64,000 bases of DNA from Phoronis australis (taxonomy: Eukaryota; Animalia; Phoronida), in assembly GCA_002633005.1 (NCBI GenBank), contig NMRA01000273.1, positions 191,555-255,554 of the forward strand, written 5' to 3'. Of this stretch, positions 1-14,836 are shown piece after piece (positions within the stretch are counted from its first letter, which is position 1; each line of letters starts with the position of its first letter). The notes beneath the pieces are model-generated. The model did not search any database, had not been told where the DNA came from, and saw only the letters and a program-made list of their open reading frames with translations. The position numbers and the translations under genes are program-made.

Positions 1-3000
1 ATGTGATCAAAGATGAGCATCTTCTGGCCACTCCCAGGCATACAAAGTACCTCATCTATGCCCTAATCTGACCAACCCCAGGCAGACACAGTACCCCCCC
101 CCCNCCCATCCGTGCCTTAGTAGTCCCCAACTAGTTTATGTTCGAGCCATGTAAAGGTGGACAAACGTGTAAACTGAGGACATCAAAGTGATTTGTCATT
201 TTAAAGTGAGATTTCGTAAAATTTGGGCTAATGCTCGTTCCAATCTAGGAAGCTTAACAAGTATTGGGTTCACTGCTCAGTTGTCCCCAGAGTTAAGCAC
301 TGTGTGTTAAGTATTGCCTATCAATATTCACACCATTGACTTTCTAATTGTCAATAAATTACTTCGCTACCCTGCCAAGCTGCCAATAGGTGATTGACGG
401 TTGCACTTCTCTGGTGAGACAAATTGACACAAAATCAATGCAACTGTTTTGATTTTGTTATTAATACTATGTGCAGTCCCAGTCTGTTCTATACTGTATC
501 TGTGCATTTGGTGCAGTGTGTGATGTTTCTCTTTCTGGTATCAGACTTGAAAAATTAGGAGAGACACATTCTGTTTCTTAGTATATGCCTGCACGCCATG
601 AGGTAGTCACACAAGGAAAACACTTTGAAACTTTATCTGGTGTCGTTTTCAAAAAAATTGATGAAATTTACAAACAAAAATTTCAGTCTGATTTTTGTAT
701 TGATGTTTTTTGTTTAGTTTACGTCTGGGTTTTCACCATAAGTCCGTCAAAGCCCAACACAAAAGTTATTTAATTATTTCGAAAACTTTTATAATGTTTT
801 GGATAATTTATCATTTCAGTAAGAGGGTTGTTTTTGATAAACCACCTGTTAAAGCTGTAAAAAGAGTGTGAATGCTTATACTGGTGAAAAGCTGTTCTCA
901 AGCCGAGCAACTGAAGTGGACAAAATCGGCCTCGATGAGCTTTAATTTCAGGATTTGGCGTAGTTAAACGTTCATTGTGTTACCTAGCACCTAGTTGTCA
1001 AACAAGAAATGACAAAATGTTCTCACGTAACCATGGAAACTGCTCAATAATTACGTAGGTAGATTGGGAAATGGAGGCATGCATGCAATAGTTAACGGAA
1101 TTGCCACCGGGTAAACTGTCTTTGCTACAGACTTGTGTGCGTCACTCCCTGCAGTGAGATGTGGATGTCTCTTCTTCTGATGAAGAGGACACTTTTTCAC
1201 GTAAACAAGTTTTATCTGTAATTTGATGTTTGCGTTATTGGCAGGTCTGTAACAAACAACATATTGCGTGATGACCAATCTATCCTGGCAAGCTTTACTA
1301 AACTTGTTCACAAACTCCACCAAACTCATTTTTCTAGTGTTTTGGCAAGTTTTGCAACGAGACTAAAACGGCACACTGATTGCCCAACTGTTTGGCTGTG
1401 TTTGGCAACCCACCTCCACAAAGGCCAAGTTCTTTGGTGGGTCTTTGTGAAATGTGTCCTATGTGTTCTAATGGGGAGACCACAACTTATGTTGATTTTT
1501 GAATGAACCCAGCAATAGAACAACCCTCCTTTCAGTTTCTGACATACTCTGTGGGCACATATCGGCACTTGGCATAATTGCTCTTGTTAACTATATAGGT
1601 ATCACTGTATTGCTTGTCCTGACACTGACGTTAAGTTTGGTTTAAAAAATTGAACATTTCCAGCACAGTTATATGCTTTTGAAAAAAAATGAGTGTTATG
1701 TTTTAATGCAATGCATTTTATTTGAAAGAAATGGCGCCCATTTGGGCTCGTTCAGCAGATAAATTCTTACGTTGTGATCTTTGATCCAACGCAAGCTGTA
1801 GATTTGCATAATTTTACACAATCTTGAAGTTGTTATAATAAAAGTGGATTTTTCGTGTTCCTGGGTGTATCTTTTGTAACTTTGGATCAAGTTCATTCTT
1901 TGCAGAGAACAATGAAGTCCTTCAAAAATAGGATCTGAGCAGTTAAATCCCCATTTTGAATACGCGCTGTTTCCAGCAAAGGATTGTTTAAGTGTCTAGT
2001 GTGCAGTCGATGGATAGCTTTAATGTCTGCGTTGTGTCAATGAGTAATATTATCGTTAGACGTTTGATTTCTTCTCTGTCAATGAGTTGGTTTAAGTTTG
2101 TGACAGGTTATTTGTTGAGGTTTCATTGAGCCACCTTGAACTGGGAAACGTGAGACTATGTAACCAATGGATTTACATTTGAAAGAATTCAGCCAACCTT
2201 ATTCAATATAATGTAGTTTTACCAAACATTACCGGTGAACTTTTTGCAATAACACGATGTACAATACTCCTATTGAAGCTCAGCTCGCCCCGAGCTTGAA
2301 TTACATCCAATAAATTGCGAATAATTTATTCTGTGCTCCTTGAGGTTATATTTTCTGTTGTGAGTCAAGACACACATTGTTGGCACCGGTGTCTAAAACA
2401 AAAAATCTATTCACCATCGAGATCCTTTCTGTCAGATTGTATCAGCTTGTGAAATTGAAAGGATCCGGTCAACCATCAATATCATAATTAAAAGTTTCAT
2501 TTTGCTATGATTGCGCTTTAATAGAGTAAGCAAAATAATGTAGGTGTATGTTTTAGTACATTACGATGGTCGTTGCTTCAAGTCTATCGGTATCTCATTC
2601 ATTTTCTTTGCTAACCATCACCACCTTCTTTCGACTGTCCCACACAGAAGCTTAGAAGTGGTCCGCTGCGGCTTGTCTGCGGTTTAGTGGTCCCCTCGGT
2701 CTGTATACATAGGAATGGTCGGAGGGAATAACAATCGCAGTAGACAAACAGGCTAACAGGTAACAAACAATGTGAAATGGTGAATAAACACTCCAGTCAA
2801 AGAACCACTTGTGGCAAAAGAAAACAAACACATCGTTGGTGTACTCTGGGTGAAAAATCGATTGAGTCAACAAGGTGGGCAGTCTTAGCTAATTCTTTAT
2901 TGGTGGATAGATCGTCCTAGGTAAACAAAAAGTCGTCTTCCAAAAACATGTCAGGATTTATTTTTCGGAAGATGAGTCCTGTACGTTGTCTGGGAAAACA

Positions 3001-6000
3001 TACCTCCCAAATCACTTTGTTCAGTCAGGGCTCATGCAAAGAAATGAGTTATAACTGTTTGTTGAGTCTTTGAATTTTTAAATCTCTTGGACCCCGCTGT
3101 CAAAATGAGGTCTTTGCCCTTCTTGTTTTCTTGAATGGAGCTGAATGATTTCATTCATGCCTCAAGATTTCCAACGTACATATTAATTTTCTTATCAATT
3201 GCCTATCTACCGTCTCGCGTACTTAAAATCTTTCAAATTGAATTCTTCGGTAGCACAGTTATCCAGATATGTGTCTCTTATCATGACAGTGTGATTCAGG
3301 CGAAAGTCTTCTATGTTTGGCCCTACTAATTTGTAGATTAACCTTTTAAGATTTTTATTTTTTGTTTCTTTATGGAGGTGAACACCACAAACTAAGTATC
3401 TAAAATCTCACTTGGATGTGGCTTAAATTTTCTTGTGCAACACATGAACTCTTGGTGGATCATAGAGCGCCATCTTTGATTGTGGATTGTCTCCCCTGTT
3501 TTAAGTGTCCTTTGGACATATTTGCCTGTGGCTGCAGAACAGATAAGATACAGTGTATCTTCGCTAGAAAACACTCAAACTTAGATCATCTGACATGCTC
3601 TTCAGCTATTGGTGTACCGAGATAGGAACATTTGCGAAATATGAATCAACATAAGGTCTTGATAAAAACAACCTGTTGACACTTGCTGGTCTTATCGTTG
3701 GTGTGCAAGACCTGTAAACCATGAGATACCAGCGGAGGTGTCTACACTAGATAACAGGATCGGGGAGTTTCAGCTTGGCTCAAGTCACCAGCACTCAGTC
3801 CTTGGGCTCTTAACTTTGCATGTAACACGATCAGAGTTGGGGAACACTTTTTGAGTATGTAAAACTAGCTGTTTGCTTGTGATGTAAATGATGCAGTAGT
3901 TTCTTAGAAGCAAACCATTGTTAATGAAAACACTGTAGCGGTTTTCTTATATTTAGATTAAATTTGGCCCCGTTGATCATTTGGGAACAGTGAGCTCAAT
4001 TTGTTGACAAAATGTGATGACCAAAACAGCATCTTACCCGAATGACCCGCTTTGTGACGTCAGCAAATACACCCACCAGGAAAGTCCTTCCAACTATAAA
4101 TAGATCAGCTGATTTGCCTGTACCCTCCTGTGCCAGGGGCTGTTGTCAGTGACAGAAGTTCTTGGAATGCAGCCTGCTCCACCAGTTGTTTACAGTACAT
4201 GGTGCTTGTGTAAAATTAAAAAATATCACATCTGCCTGCTGTCCTGTGGCGACAAAATGTCTGACATTACTAGTGCTGCACACTAACCACTGATCCATAC
4301 TGTGTCAGGGCAGTTGTGATTTTAATAAAAGTGTCACGTTTGTTCGTCTAACCGATTAGATTAGGAATCACTGAGTTTGTTTGCATGAAGTGTGGGGAAC
4401 AGCTGTTTTTTCAAGCTTCGCTTCCTAAATGAAATGTGAATAGTTTTTGCAACACTGCCCAAATGGCTTTTCCCTGCTGAATCAACAAGTGGAAATTCCT
4501 GGTTCAGTGGACAGCTCTGTTTGAGCTTTTTACTGCTCAATTTCAAAAAGATTACCATTTAAGAATCATTGGAAATGGTTTGCAAACTACCACTATTGCC
4601 TGAGTCAATTCGATCTCAATTTGACCTGTGAACCTTCAGCAGACTGAGCTGATGGGTTTAATGACACTTTCACTTCTTCTCTTGGCTATTTTTGAAATCT
4701 AAGCAAAATGTTGTTAAAGAATTCAAAATCAGAAAGGATAACGGAGCAGATTAGGACATTTTTTTGCAATTCATGGAGATAATCCTTTGATGCTCACTTC
4801 GTCATTCCTACATGCAATTTCACTGTCACGTAGGGGAAACCTCTGGTCTACCACAACTCCATCACAACTCCCCTCGCCTTTCTCACCTTTTCATAAACCG
4901 CTAACAACAGAGTTATCACTAGATAGCACTCCAATCTGTGGATTCAATCTCAATATGTGTTATACAGGCTGTTAATACCAGCAACAATTGCTCCACTTGG
5001 TGTTGACTCAGCCTTTCACATTGCAGGACAGTGCTGATTCACCAATTTAAAGTAGAGTTGCTTAAAGGCTAGAATTTAATTTTTTAACACCAACAAAATC
5101 TAAAAGCAGGTGTGATGCAACAACAGTCTGAAAGCAGCATTAGTCAATCAAAAACTTACAATGAATCGAAATCTTGTTTCTCCCATCCTGGGCTTACATT
5201 CTGTAGAAAAGTTGAAAGTAAAGTGAAAATGTCCCGTGTCTCACCCATATGCCATACAGAAATAATTAAAAATCGCGTTTGTTGACTGAAGCAAATTGTT
5301 GCGCAAAGCTCAAACAATGTTTTTGTCCCCATGTGGTCTGATATTAAAACACACAATAGGGGTTCTCTGCTCTCTTATACTACCTCTCTGGCACCATTTG
5401 GTCAATCAGGTATGCAGTTAAAAATCTTAATGTCTTTTTCATTTCCATCAACGATATTCAGGTGAGATTAAGGTTACTACTTAATCACCAGTTTGGTTAG
5501 ACTTAGGTGAATAGTAATATTAAATTAGTGGCATAGCTCAGGCTTGGAATTATGAGTCAGACTATTCGTTTATGATTTGTCAGCTATATATTGTGTGTGG
5601 GGCTAGTCATTTTATTAAAGATTCTTCACTGCATGTAATTAATACGTTTACCTGGGTATGAGTCATTACAGCAGGTTACCCAGCCACTACCTGTTGATTG
5701 GTATTCAGTACATAAATAGGTAGCCTGCTGATGTAGCCACATGTATCAGCACGCTGTCTGACTGTGAATACGTGTCTAATTATATCTCAGTGAGATTTGT
5801 CTATGAGCAGATTCAGGATTCCCATAGTAGGAGTCCCCTTGGCTGTTAATGAGGTAGTTGTCACAAGTTTATCAAAGTCTTGATGCCTCCCTAAGTTCAC
5901 CTACAACGCTGATCGTTTTTTTCCACCCACAAGAAACGTCTAGCAGATATGCTAATGTCATGTGGAACAGGAATTTTTCAATGGAAATTTTTGGAGTGGA

Positions 6001-9000
6001 GATTATGTTACACAGTTAGGAATTCCGTGAGTTAAGGAGTGGCTATTTTGCAGTCAGCCGTCACAGTTTGGGGTGGGGGTGGGGTTGTATGTCTTTCTCT
6101 ACATTGTCGTGCTTTAGTACTGATCACGTTCATCGCAAGTCAGTATTTTGTGAGGCGTTTTGTTATCCAGTGCAGTAAGCATGGTTAGTCCTGGAATGAA
6201 TAGGTTCTTTGCTAATTTTGTTTTTTTACCCAGCATTGATTTACCACTCGAAAGAATTTGTATGGGATAATTGTTTTCCAAGTCCAGTAATGTTTTTGCA
6301 AAATCTGGATTGAAAATGTTTTTAATGGTAATTTATAATAGTTATGCATTCATATCCTCACCATATGTGCGGGGAGAGATGAATATTATACTGCGTCATT
6401 AATGTACCTAGTCTCAATTAACTAAGGGAGCATAAATCTGTTCACTTCATTCAATACACACACATACCATGGCTTTCTGGCAGCAGTACTAAAATTTGCA
6501 GTAGACTGTATTTTATATATTTAAGTGCCGTCACCCTGAGTATTAGTGTAGGTCACCATTCCATAACACTTTACAATAATAGCTCACTGTTGAATACCCT
6601 TGTCAGGTATTGCATAATTTTTTCATATTATGATACTCCACTATTATGTTCACAAAATTATAAACTGCGATAATGGCCTGGGACAGGAAAAATTAAATGC
6701 TTTTATCGCTTGCAACCCCATTGACATATCTGTTTACTAGTAAAAACTGTGTGTTGGCTCTATTTTTACTCCATTCCCCTGATTGACAGCTGTGTTTAAT
6801 GTATACATTATCGTTGGGGGAGATTCGGTAATAAACATTACAGGTGTTTTTTATACTCTTGTTGGCAAGTTTTAATTGACTAAAAGTTGTGATTAATTGG
6901 TGACATTATCGAGTTTACTACAAAATTTAAATTCTTACAATCTGGGGCCACGTCATTATGTAGAGAGGACTGAACTAATGTCTTAATAAGTACAAAGTTA
7001 CTTAAAAATGAGACCAAGAGACTGTACCTGCTCGAACACATGAATTTTTAAATTTTTTGTGCAAAGCTATTGAACAGTGATACTTAGGTAGTGTTTGTGC
7101 TGGAGGAACCTTGCCTGTACAAAACATTAACAAGGATAACTGGGTGATTTATGTTTGTTACTGAAAAACCTGGAAATGCCAAAAACAGTAAAGCAGTTTT
7201 TGTATAAAGGAAACATGTACAAAATAAAAAAGATTGGAACCACTAATGGGGACCTCATGGACAAAGACGTCTGATAAAACTAGAATTCATGCCCGCATTC
7301 AAATGTGCTTTGCAGCAATCATTCGCAGATATTACTATGATGCTTATAGCTAGTTTTGTATGAAAAAATAACTTGTGAAAAACATTTTCCAAGTTTAAAT
7401 TTTTCGTTTTAGCTGTCTTCCGGGATTTGCCTTGGAAGCAAAATGAAGCATCTGTTTAGAGACTGGCAAATGGGAAATATTTTGTGATGTGTGCCAGCTC
7501 CATGTTTAGAGTCTTTTCCCTTTCTGATGAAAAACGGAATGGAACTGTGTGTCAGTGTGTTTATGTTGAAAACTGCTTGAAACATTCATCACACTGGTTG
7601 TTTGGTATATCTCTGTTTGGTGTGCATGACTGAGAAAACCGTTTGGCAGTTGTTTTAGCTGAAGTGAAGGAGTAGACTTGTTTCTGGAAGAATTACACTT
7701 ATCTAGCCATGGTATGCAGAGTTTGTCAGATATTCTGTCTATTCACGACACTACTCCTTCCAAGAAGTCATGTTTTGCTAGAAACAACCTTTCTGGGACT
7801 CTATGCATACTGGTAGTCGTTTTTAGTTATTCCAGTTTTTGTTGAAGTCTGATGGAATTTTCTCAAAAAATGCATTCTCCTGCCAGAGGCCTACAAGACC
7901 ATTTCTAGACACCTAATTCTAAAGTTCATTCATCGAAACTATGTTGAGTGGATTGGAGCCAAAAAGTTCACTGGTTTTGTTCTTGGATTGTGACTTTACC
8001 TTAGTACACAGGTTTTCTATCTCCTGTCCATGTTCACAGCAAGGTTTAGTAAACACTGAGATTGTTTAGTGACTATAATTTGTTAGCCTTGAAGGTGCAG
8101 CTTTGGATACCCTGTAAGCAATTGAACTGGTTATGAGTAACAAACTGATTGGCTCTGGCATGAACCAAATTGGCTTAAAGTTATCAACTTATCTCTACTA
8201 CAAATTCTTAACTGAAATGTGGTTGAAATTCACTTTACGTATCTTTGCCACATATCGTTACCACACAGAAAAATATGCACTCGTGACTGTGATACCTGTA
8301 TGGTTTTGTACAATGAACAAGTGCAGGAAGGAATTGACGGTAAATCATTTGCTATTGGATCATTCTGAACATTATAGTTAGTATCTTGCAAGTTCAACCA
8401 GGTTTTCAAAAAGAACATGTTCTCATGTCGCGGCAAAAATTCATGAAATTTGATAGAAAAACATTAGGTAAAATTGCCTGTTTTTCGATTTTCAGAAGTT
8501 TACCCATGGCTTCACATGACTGAAAAGTAACAAGTGTTGTTTGCTTACAGCTATAATGCAGGTATAAACTGTGGGGCAATTTGTAACTTCCTGAAAACTT
8601 ATTTTTATTATTTTAACATTCATTTACCCTCCATATGGTGTCCTCAGCTGAAGACTTTTCTCCCTACTTTGTTTTGCGACAGTTGCCTCGGTGACTGCAT
8701 TGCTGTTAATTAATCCACTCACATAGCAATTAATGAGTTTCTATATTAGTTATTGTAATTTCAAAGAAATCTGTTGTTTGTGTACTATTGATTTGGTCGC
8801 AACAGGTAAAGACTGCTAAATCTGTTCATACGTCACCACACTAGGTGCAGCTTGCCAATGAGTCATGCAGTGTATTTTAGGAGGCGCACTCACTGCTTCC
8901 GTTTTTCTTTTCAAAATGTGATTTGCCAACATGCAATTTAGTTTTAGCGTTTTTTTTTTGTTTTTTTTTGCAAATTAAAGCATTCTTGCACTATTCATCT

Positions 9001-12000
9001 TTTATTCACAAAAAATAACCGCAAAGTTGTCATTTGCTAACTAACATGCTACAGATGTGTTATGACTGATTCACAGTACTAAACTCTGCTTGTAGTGAAC
9101 TAGAATTTTCTAAATATTTGTTTGAGAAACATCATGTATGGAAATTCCACCTTTTGCCATGATGTGCCTGCAGAGTGCTGCTGTGATAGGTTAGAGCTTA
9201 ATGGCTGTGTGGTCGCAGTTAAGTTTGTCAATTAGAGATAGAAATAATTGCTAAATTAGACATTTGCTGTCTATTTCAAAGGCTTAACTCATAGCTACAA
9301 ATTCTCCCAAATGCTGTGGTCACAGTTGCACTGTAGTTGCCATGCTAACGTCAGCAGCAGCGTATAGTCTTAAAAATTATTTTGTTGAAAACTTAGACGC
9401 ATCACCAAATGAGATTTAAAAAGTATTCACAGAGGCTTCAAATTTCTCTTGTGTGTTTTGTCACAGCCCACGCATTTATCAGATGCTAAGCAGTTCTGAA
9501 TCCGGTCAATAAAAAGTGAATTCTTTTTGACAGGTTTGACTGATTAAAGTCATTGAATTGTCATGGAGTGTGTAAACTCATGCCAGTGCAGCAGGAAGTT
9601 GCAGGGCACAGTTCTGAGTAAACACCCCACCTGGATGATGTCATCAAGCACTGTCTCGGGTTAATTAGTGTTAATCCTTAATCACACCTGTGGAATGAGT
9701 GGATGATTACCTGTTAACCACAGCTGACAATTTGTTTAAGCCTGTTTCCATGAAAAATGTTTCATGATCAGCCAGCTGACACATTGTTTTTATTACCTTT
9801 ATGAATAATTCATGCAGTGTCAGTGTTTCTGTGGTTTGTTGTGGTTCTAGTACATTGCACTTTTATACCTGTGCTTGGTGACGCTGTGGTTTGACCGGTC
9901 ATACTGCGGTATTATCGGGGGTATTAATAAGTCATAATGCCACACAAAAGACAAGTGTAGGAAATGCCTGAATAATTTATGATTTTGTCTAGTAAGTATA
10001 ATGGTAAAAATAAACATAATTTGTTAATTAGAATTTGATCCATTCAAAACCACGGATTTGTCAACATTGCAACAGTTTCTACAGTATAGAGTGGTTATTT
10101 TGGTCAAAGTAATTACCAACATTTTCGTTTTTAAATTTTTGAAATTCTAGCTGTCTTGCTACAAATAATTAGTTTTCATTGAATGCCAACTCAAACCTCC
10201 AGCAAAATTGACGCTTGGTACCTTCACATTACTGGTGTTTTTGGTACAAGTGAAAGTGCTAGCGAAAATGCTAGCATGGAAGTCAGTTTGTGAACGGGAT
10301 ATGAAGTGTGTGTGATGGGAACCACGACTTGGATAGTGAAAAATTTACCATTGGGCGGAGTGGTAGTCAAATCCTGCACTACCCACAATTTCGCACCTAC
10401 CTGGCTGGTTACGGGCACGAATTACCTGCAATAGTTATGTCATTCTAACTCCCAACTTTCTGTTCCTCATCCTTGATTGCTTTATGTTTCTGGGTCATTA
10501 TTTTACAATTTGTCAGTTGAGTTATCTGTATCGTCAGGTGCTGACACTGGTATTAATTTCCAGCTCAAAATGTCGTTTAATTAAGCGAGGGCTTCATATA
10601 GGTCGTGTTATCTATTCTCGAAATCCACCTTTCCCTGATGCGTGATTTTTTTTCAAACAAGTCGATTTACTGAAATTGGCCAATAGCCTTATTGTTTGTC
10701 ATGTTGATGTCATTTTAAAAAGTTAATTTTCCAGTTTACATCCCCTTTTATGGAATACTTGACATTTCATTGACCCTAGCCATGACATGACTGTGTTGTT
10801 ATGTGCTGTCTACCTTTTATGTGCACAATTGACACCATTTCTGTTGTAAAGCATAGACGATTTTGATACGCATGTTCATCCAAACAGTTCTGTGATTTAC
10901 ATTGCTTCATTTTCAAGTTATTCGTTTTTGGTATAACAATGACCAAGCCATTTTCAGTGTCCCTTCTTAAACGTAATTAACGTGGGTTTTGTTCAATCCA
11001 CCACACTCAGGTTTATTTTTGTATTTGTGAAAACAATCACACAACGTGAGGTGAGTCCAAATTCAAGCACAGAAGCAACATTAGGCAACTGATGATTCAC
11101 AAGGTGATACCAGGAGTCCTTTCTGTATACATGGCTCCATGCAGGTAGTCTGGGACCTGCCTCTAGGCTCGTGAACTGCTTTCTGTTTTCAGTGTGTTCT
11201 GATGAGGGGAAAGCAATCATTTTTAGTGTTGACTTTAGTAAAAATACAGATGTGTGTTTGTCTTGAAGGGACATTTTAATGTATTAATTGCTTTTCACTC
11301 AGCGTGTATTTACCGATACTATCCATGCCACAGCAGAAAGTGACATGAATGACCCTGTAAAAGGATCGCATCTTAGTTTTGCATTTACGCCCATTTACCT
11401 AACACTGGTAATCAACACGGACAGGGTTCTTCACGCGTAGCCATCCCTGCATGAAAGTCAGACATTTTTAATGCTTACCGTAGTATATTATAGTTTGAAA
11501 CTTCTTGCTTCCTCACAAACTTCATTATAGATGTGTTCACTGGATTGAAATTGGCAATAATACGATTATGCGGACCGATGTGGCATTGTGTAATATCCTT
11601 ATTCTATGTAGATTGAATGTTTTCATGTTTATAATATTAACGTATTCTGCAATCTTTTTTGTGCAGAGAGGTGCTCGTTAATGAACCCTTTGGTGCGTCA
11701 TATTTATCAACGTTTAATTCCCAAGGCTAAACATTTTTAGTGACACCTTTCCCGTTTTCTCAAGCTGGCGTCAAATCAGAACCAACTCTAACGAAGATTA
11801 CCAGTCATAGCCAGAGAGACCAGGCTCCAAATTTGACCAGTCGCTCAGCATGCCTTGATTAAACTTTCAACTTTCATGTGATTTCATTGGTCAATTTTCA
11901 TGTAACATTGGTCATTTGGTCTCACCCATAACCTTCATCCTGCCACCAACAGCCAGGCAAGATGTGGTGACTAGGCCATATTATTGCCAACATGTCCAGT

Positions 12001-14836
12001 TTGCCCCAGGTGCAAATCTTCATGGTTTGAACTCAGTCATTGCACTTCTTTCTGGATGCAGATTTGATTAGCAGATTTAATTACTTCACCCAGCCATCAA
12101 AGGCATGCGAAAATTAGAAACTACAGGGAACTGTGGCAAGACCAACTGTTGATCTCTTCCACCAGTTGTTGGTAGGTTTACTAGGGCCAGTCCATGTGTT
12201 GGAGCCATGTGCTAGTGAGAGCCTCTTGTCTCATGGATAATGATGTGAAGCAATTAGAATGCTTCGAACAAAGCACCATTTCTGTGTTAAGGCTCTGTAA
12301 TATGGATAATTTTCATTACTTTATTTACATGCAGTTGTAAACAGTTGATGGCAGGTAGACAAGACACCACTTGTTGAAACAGAGCAGCTGGTAGTGGTGT
12401 CCTGTCTGTTGTCATTAAATCAAATTTGGCATTTAGATTTTTTTCATGAAATAAGGTAAACATTATGTGTTGTCTCTGCCTTGTTATGTTTTATTGGTAA
12501 GTTATAAAATCTTACGCTTTAGGGCATAATATATCTGACAAATGAAATTTTATTTTCTTATATTTTCACAGAAGATAAGAAACACCAAGTAAATGGTATA
12601 ACGTTTTTCATAATCTATACCATAACTACGATCTGGCAATGATTCTGAGGAATTGTGAACATCCACAACAATCTCAGAAGTCTTTGAAAATGAAAAAGAG
12701 GCAATTGTTGCAATTATTTTTGTCCAAACTTGGCAAGATTTTGTTGTAGTTGGTTCAGTTAAAGACACTTGCAGATGCTCCCCATTTTGAGCTCCGTTTT
12801 TTCCACTGACGATTTCTTTAAAATTCAGACTTCTGTAAGTAACTATTGGTTCATTACCTTCAGTGTCTTGAAGTTTATGTAGAAATGCTGGTCAGATACT
12901 TTTTGAAAATATGCTGATGTCAGCATTTTTTCATAGCAAGTAGATTTGCAAGTACAGGTGGCATAGTTAAACACATGTGTGATTTTGTTTGTTACGTTAC
13001 AGTGCCATTTGTAAATCTGCCACTGTTGAAGGAGTGCAGCCATTAGGGGAACTCAGAGACTGAGCTAATGCTTTCCAATAGCTCTTTGTTAGTACTGGCA
13101 TAAACAAACTCAGTCATGAATGGAACCTGTTGGTATGCTTCACTTGAAAGGAGCCATCTGTGGTTGGTAATGGAGTGGGGATGGCGTGGTGCCCAGTCAG
13201 CTGGGCTGTGGCACTGGGGTTGCTATAATTCCTAAAATATGTGAAAATTGTAATTTTCCATTTTTCAGCGTCTGATTACCACGCTGCAGATGACATCAAT
13301 TTAAACGTTGTTTTATGACATCTACACAGTACAAACAAAGCTGATATTAGACTAAAGTGTTTTCATCTTTATTTGTGATTGAGAAATTTGGCACAACGAA
13401 ATTTCACATGCGCGCCATCTTGTGTGCAAAATAGGTGAAGAATTACCGTACTTTGTTTTGGATGTGTGAATTTTGTAGTTGCCAAACAACTTCACATTGG
13501 TGGTTAGGTCAAGATTTCCATAAAATTTATGATGGTTTAGGAACTTCAAGTCCTACGATTCACCTAATGTAATTCTGCGTGGTATTTTTTGGGTAGGTGC
13601 CATCAAGGGCCATCGAAGAGACAATATGCTGTCAAGTATTTATGGGGGAACCACTGTTTGCTTTCCTTGGATGAAATTAATAGGAAATAGTGTACCAAAA
13701 CTAACCATTTCAACACACAATACATTTTGTCCAAAATTGATGAGATTTTACTTTATGTTGTATAATTTTAAAGACAGTAATGGTCCAAGTTGTTTTAAGA
13801 AAAAAACCTGGATTTGTTGTTCGTCATATTCTATCTGATTTTGTTTAGGTCTCCACACTCACTTACCGACCCACATAAAGCTATTGATCATTACTGTAAT
13901 TTTGAACAACCTGCATTTTTTTCATTGTGAGTCATCCGACTTATTGACGTATCCAGAATTCGCTCAAATCAAGGAAGTCGGTATTACTGTGACACAGTTA
14001 TGAAAAATGTGATTAATGACGTGACCTCCCTCTCTGTTTAGTTATGTGTCTGAAACTCCATTTGTAGATTATGGTAATTCATCGTGGGAAGAGAGAAGTG
14101 TAATTTGTTATCAAATTACTGTAACAAAATAATTAATGTCCCACCTAGCACTAATTAGGTCAAGCCAAAATTGCAACCTCCAAACTCGAATAAGTCCAGT
14201 TAGCGGCAGTTAGTCCCGTCGTTGGAGTAATCGGAGAATTCCATCAGGTTCGCGGTTGATGTGTAGTTACGGAGCTTGACTAGCAGTACAAAACAACACA
14301 AATGGTAGCATTCGTTGAGGCTTTTGCTCATGCAGATTTCAAAAAGATTTAACAAGAGATGCCGGAGATATTTCTTTGCTAAGTGAAACATTGAAAACTG
14401 GCTGCCACATTGCCATCTTGCATCGGATTTCAACCAAAACTAATGGACTTCGAGATATAAGCGAGGTAGATGTGTGTAAATTTCATAAGATCGAATAAAA
14501 ATGCCACTATAGCGTGCAAGCAAAGAAACCAACCAAAAACCTTCGTGGATAAGTAAGATTCTTGGAGAAATTGTATTCTACCTTCACCAAGTAACAAACG
14601 GATCCACCCCGAAACAACCAAAACGATTGAACGGTTCACAAAGATGGTGCTTCATGCTGCTTTATAAGGCAGTTCTAAGGCGTGTTATGTGTTGCAAAAT
14701 TCAATGTTAAAAAAATTATGTTTGATGTAATTATATGTATCCGATATCTTATATTTATACTCGATCTTATACTTTATACATTAGATGTTAAAATATTTGT
14801 ATTCCATAATGAAAACATTTATGTGCGATTGACTTA

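Noticed and set aside
11197-11220. CTGATGAG...GAAA as a hammerhead ribozyme core (similar CTGATGA hits at ~7524, ~32068, ~39346, ~51189)
   Set aside because: No stem II/III pairing compatible with the hammerhead topology.
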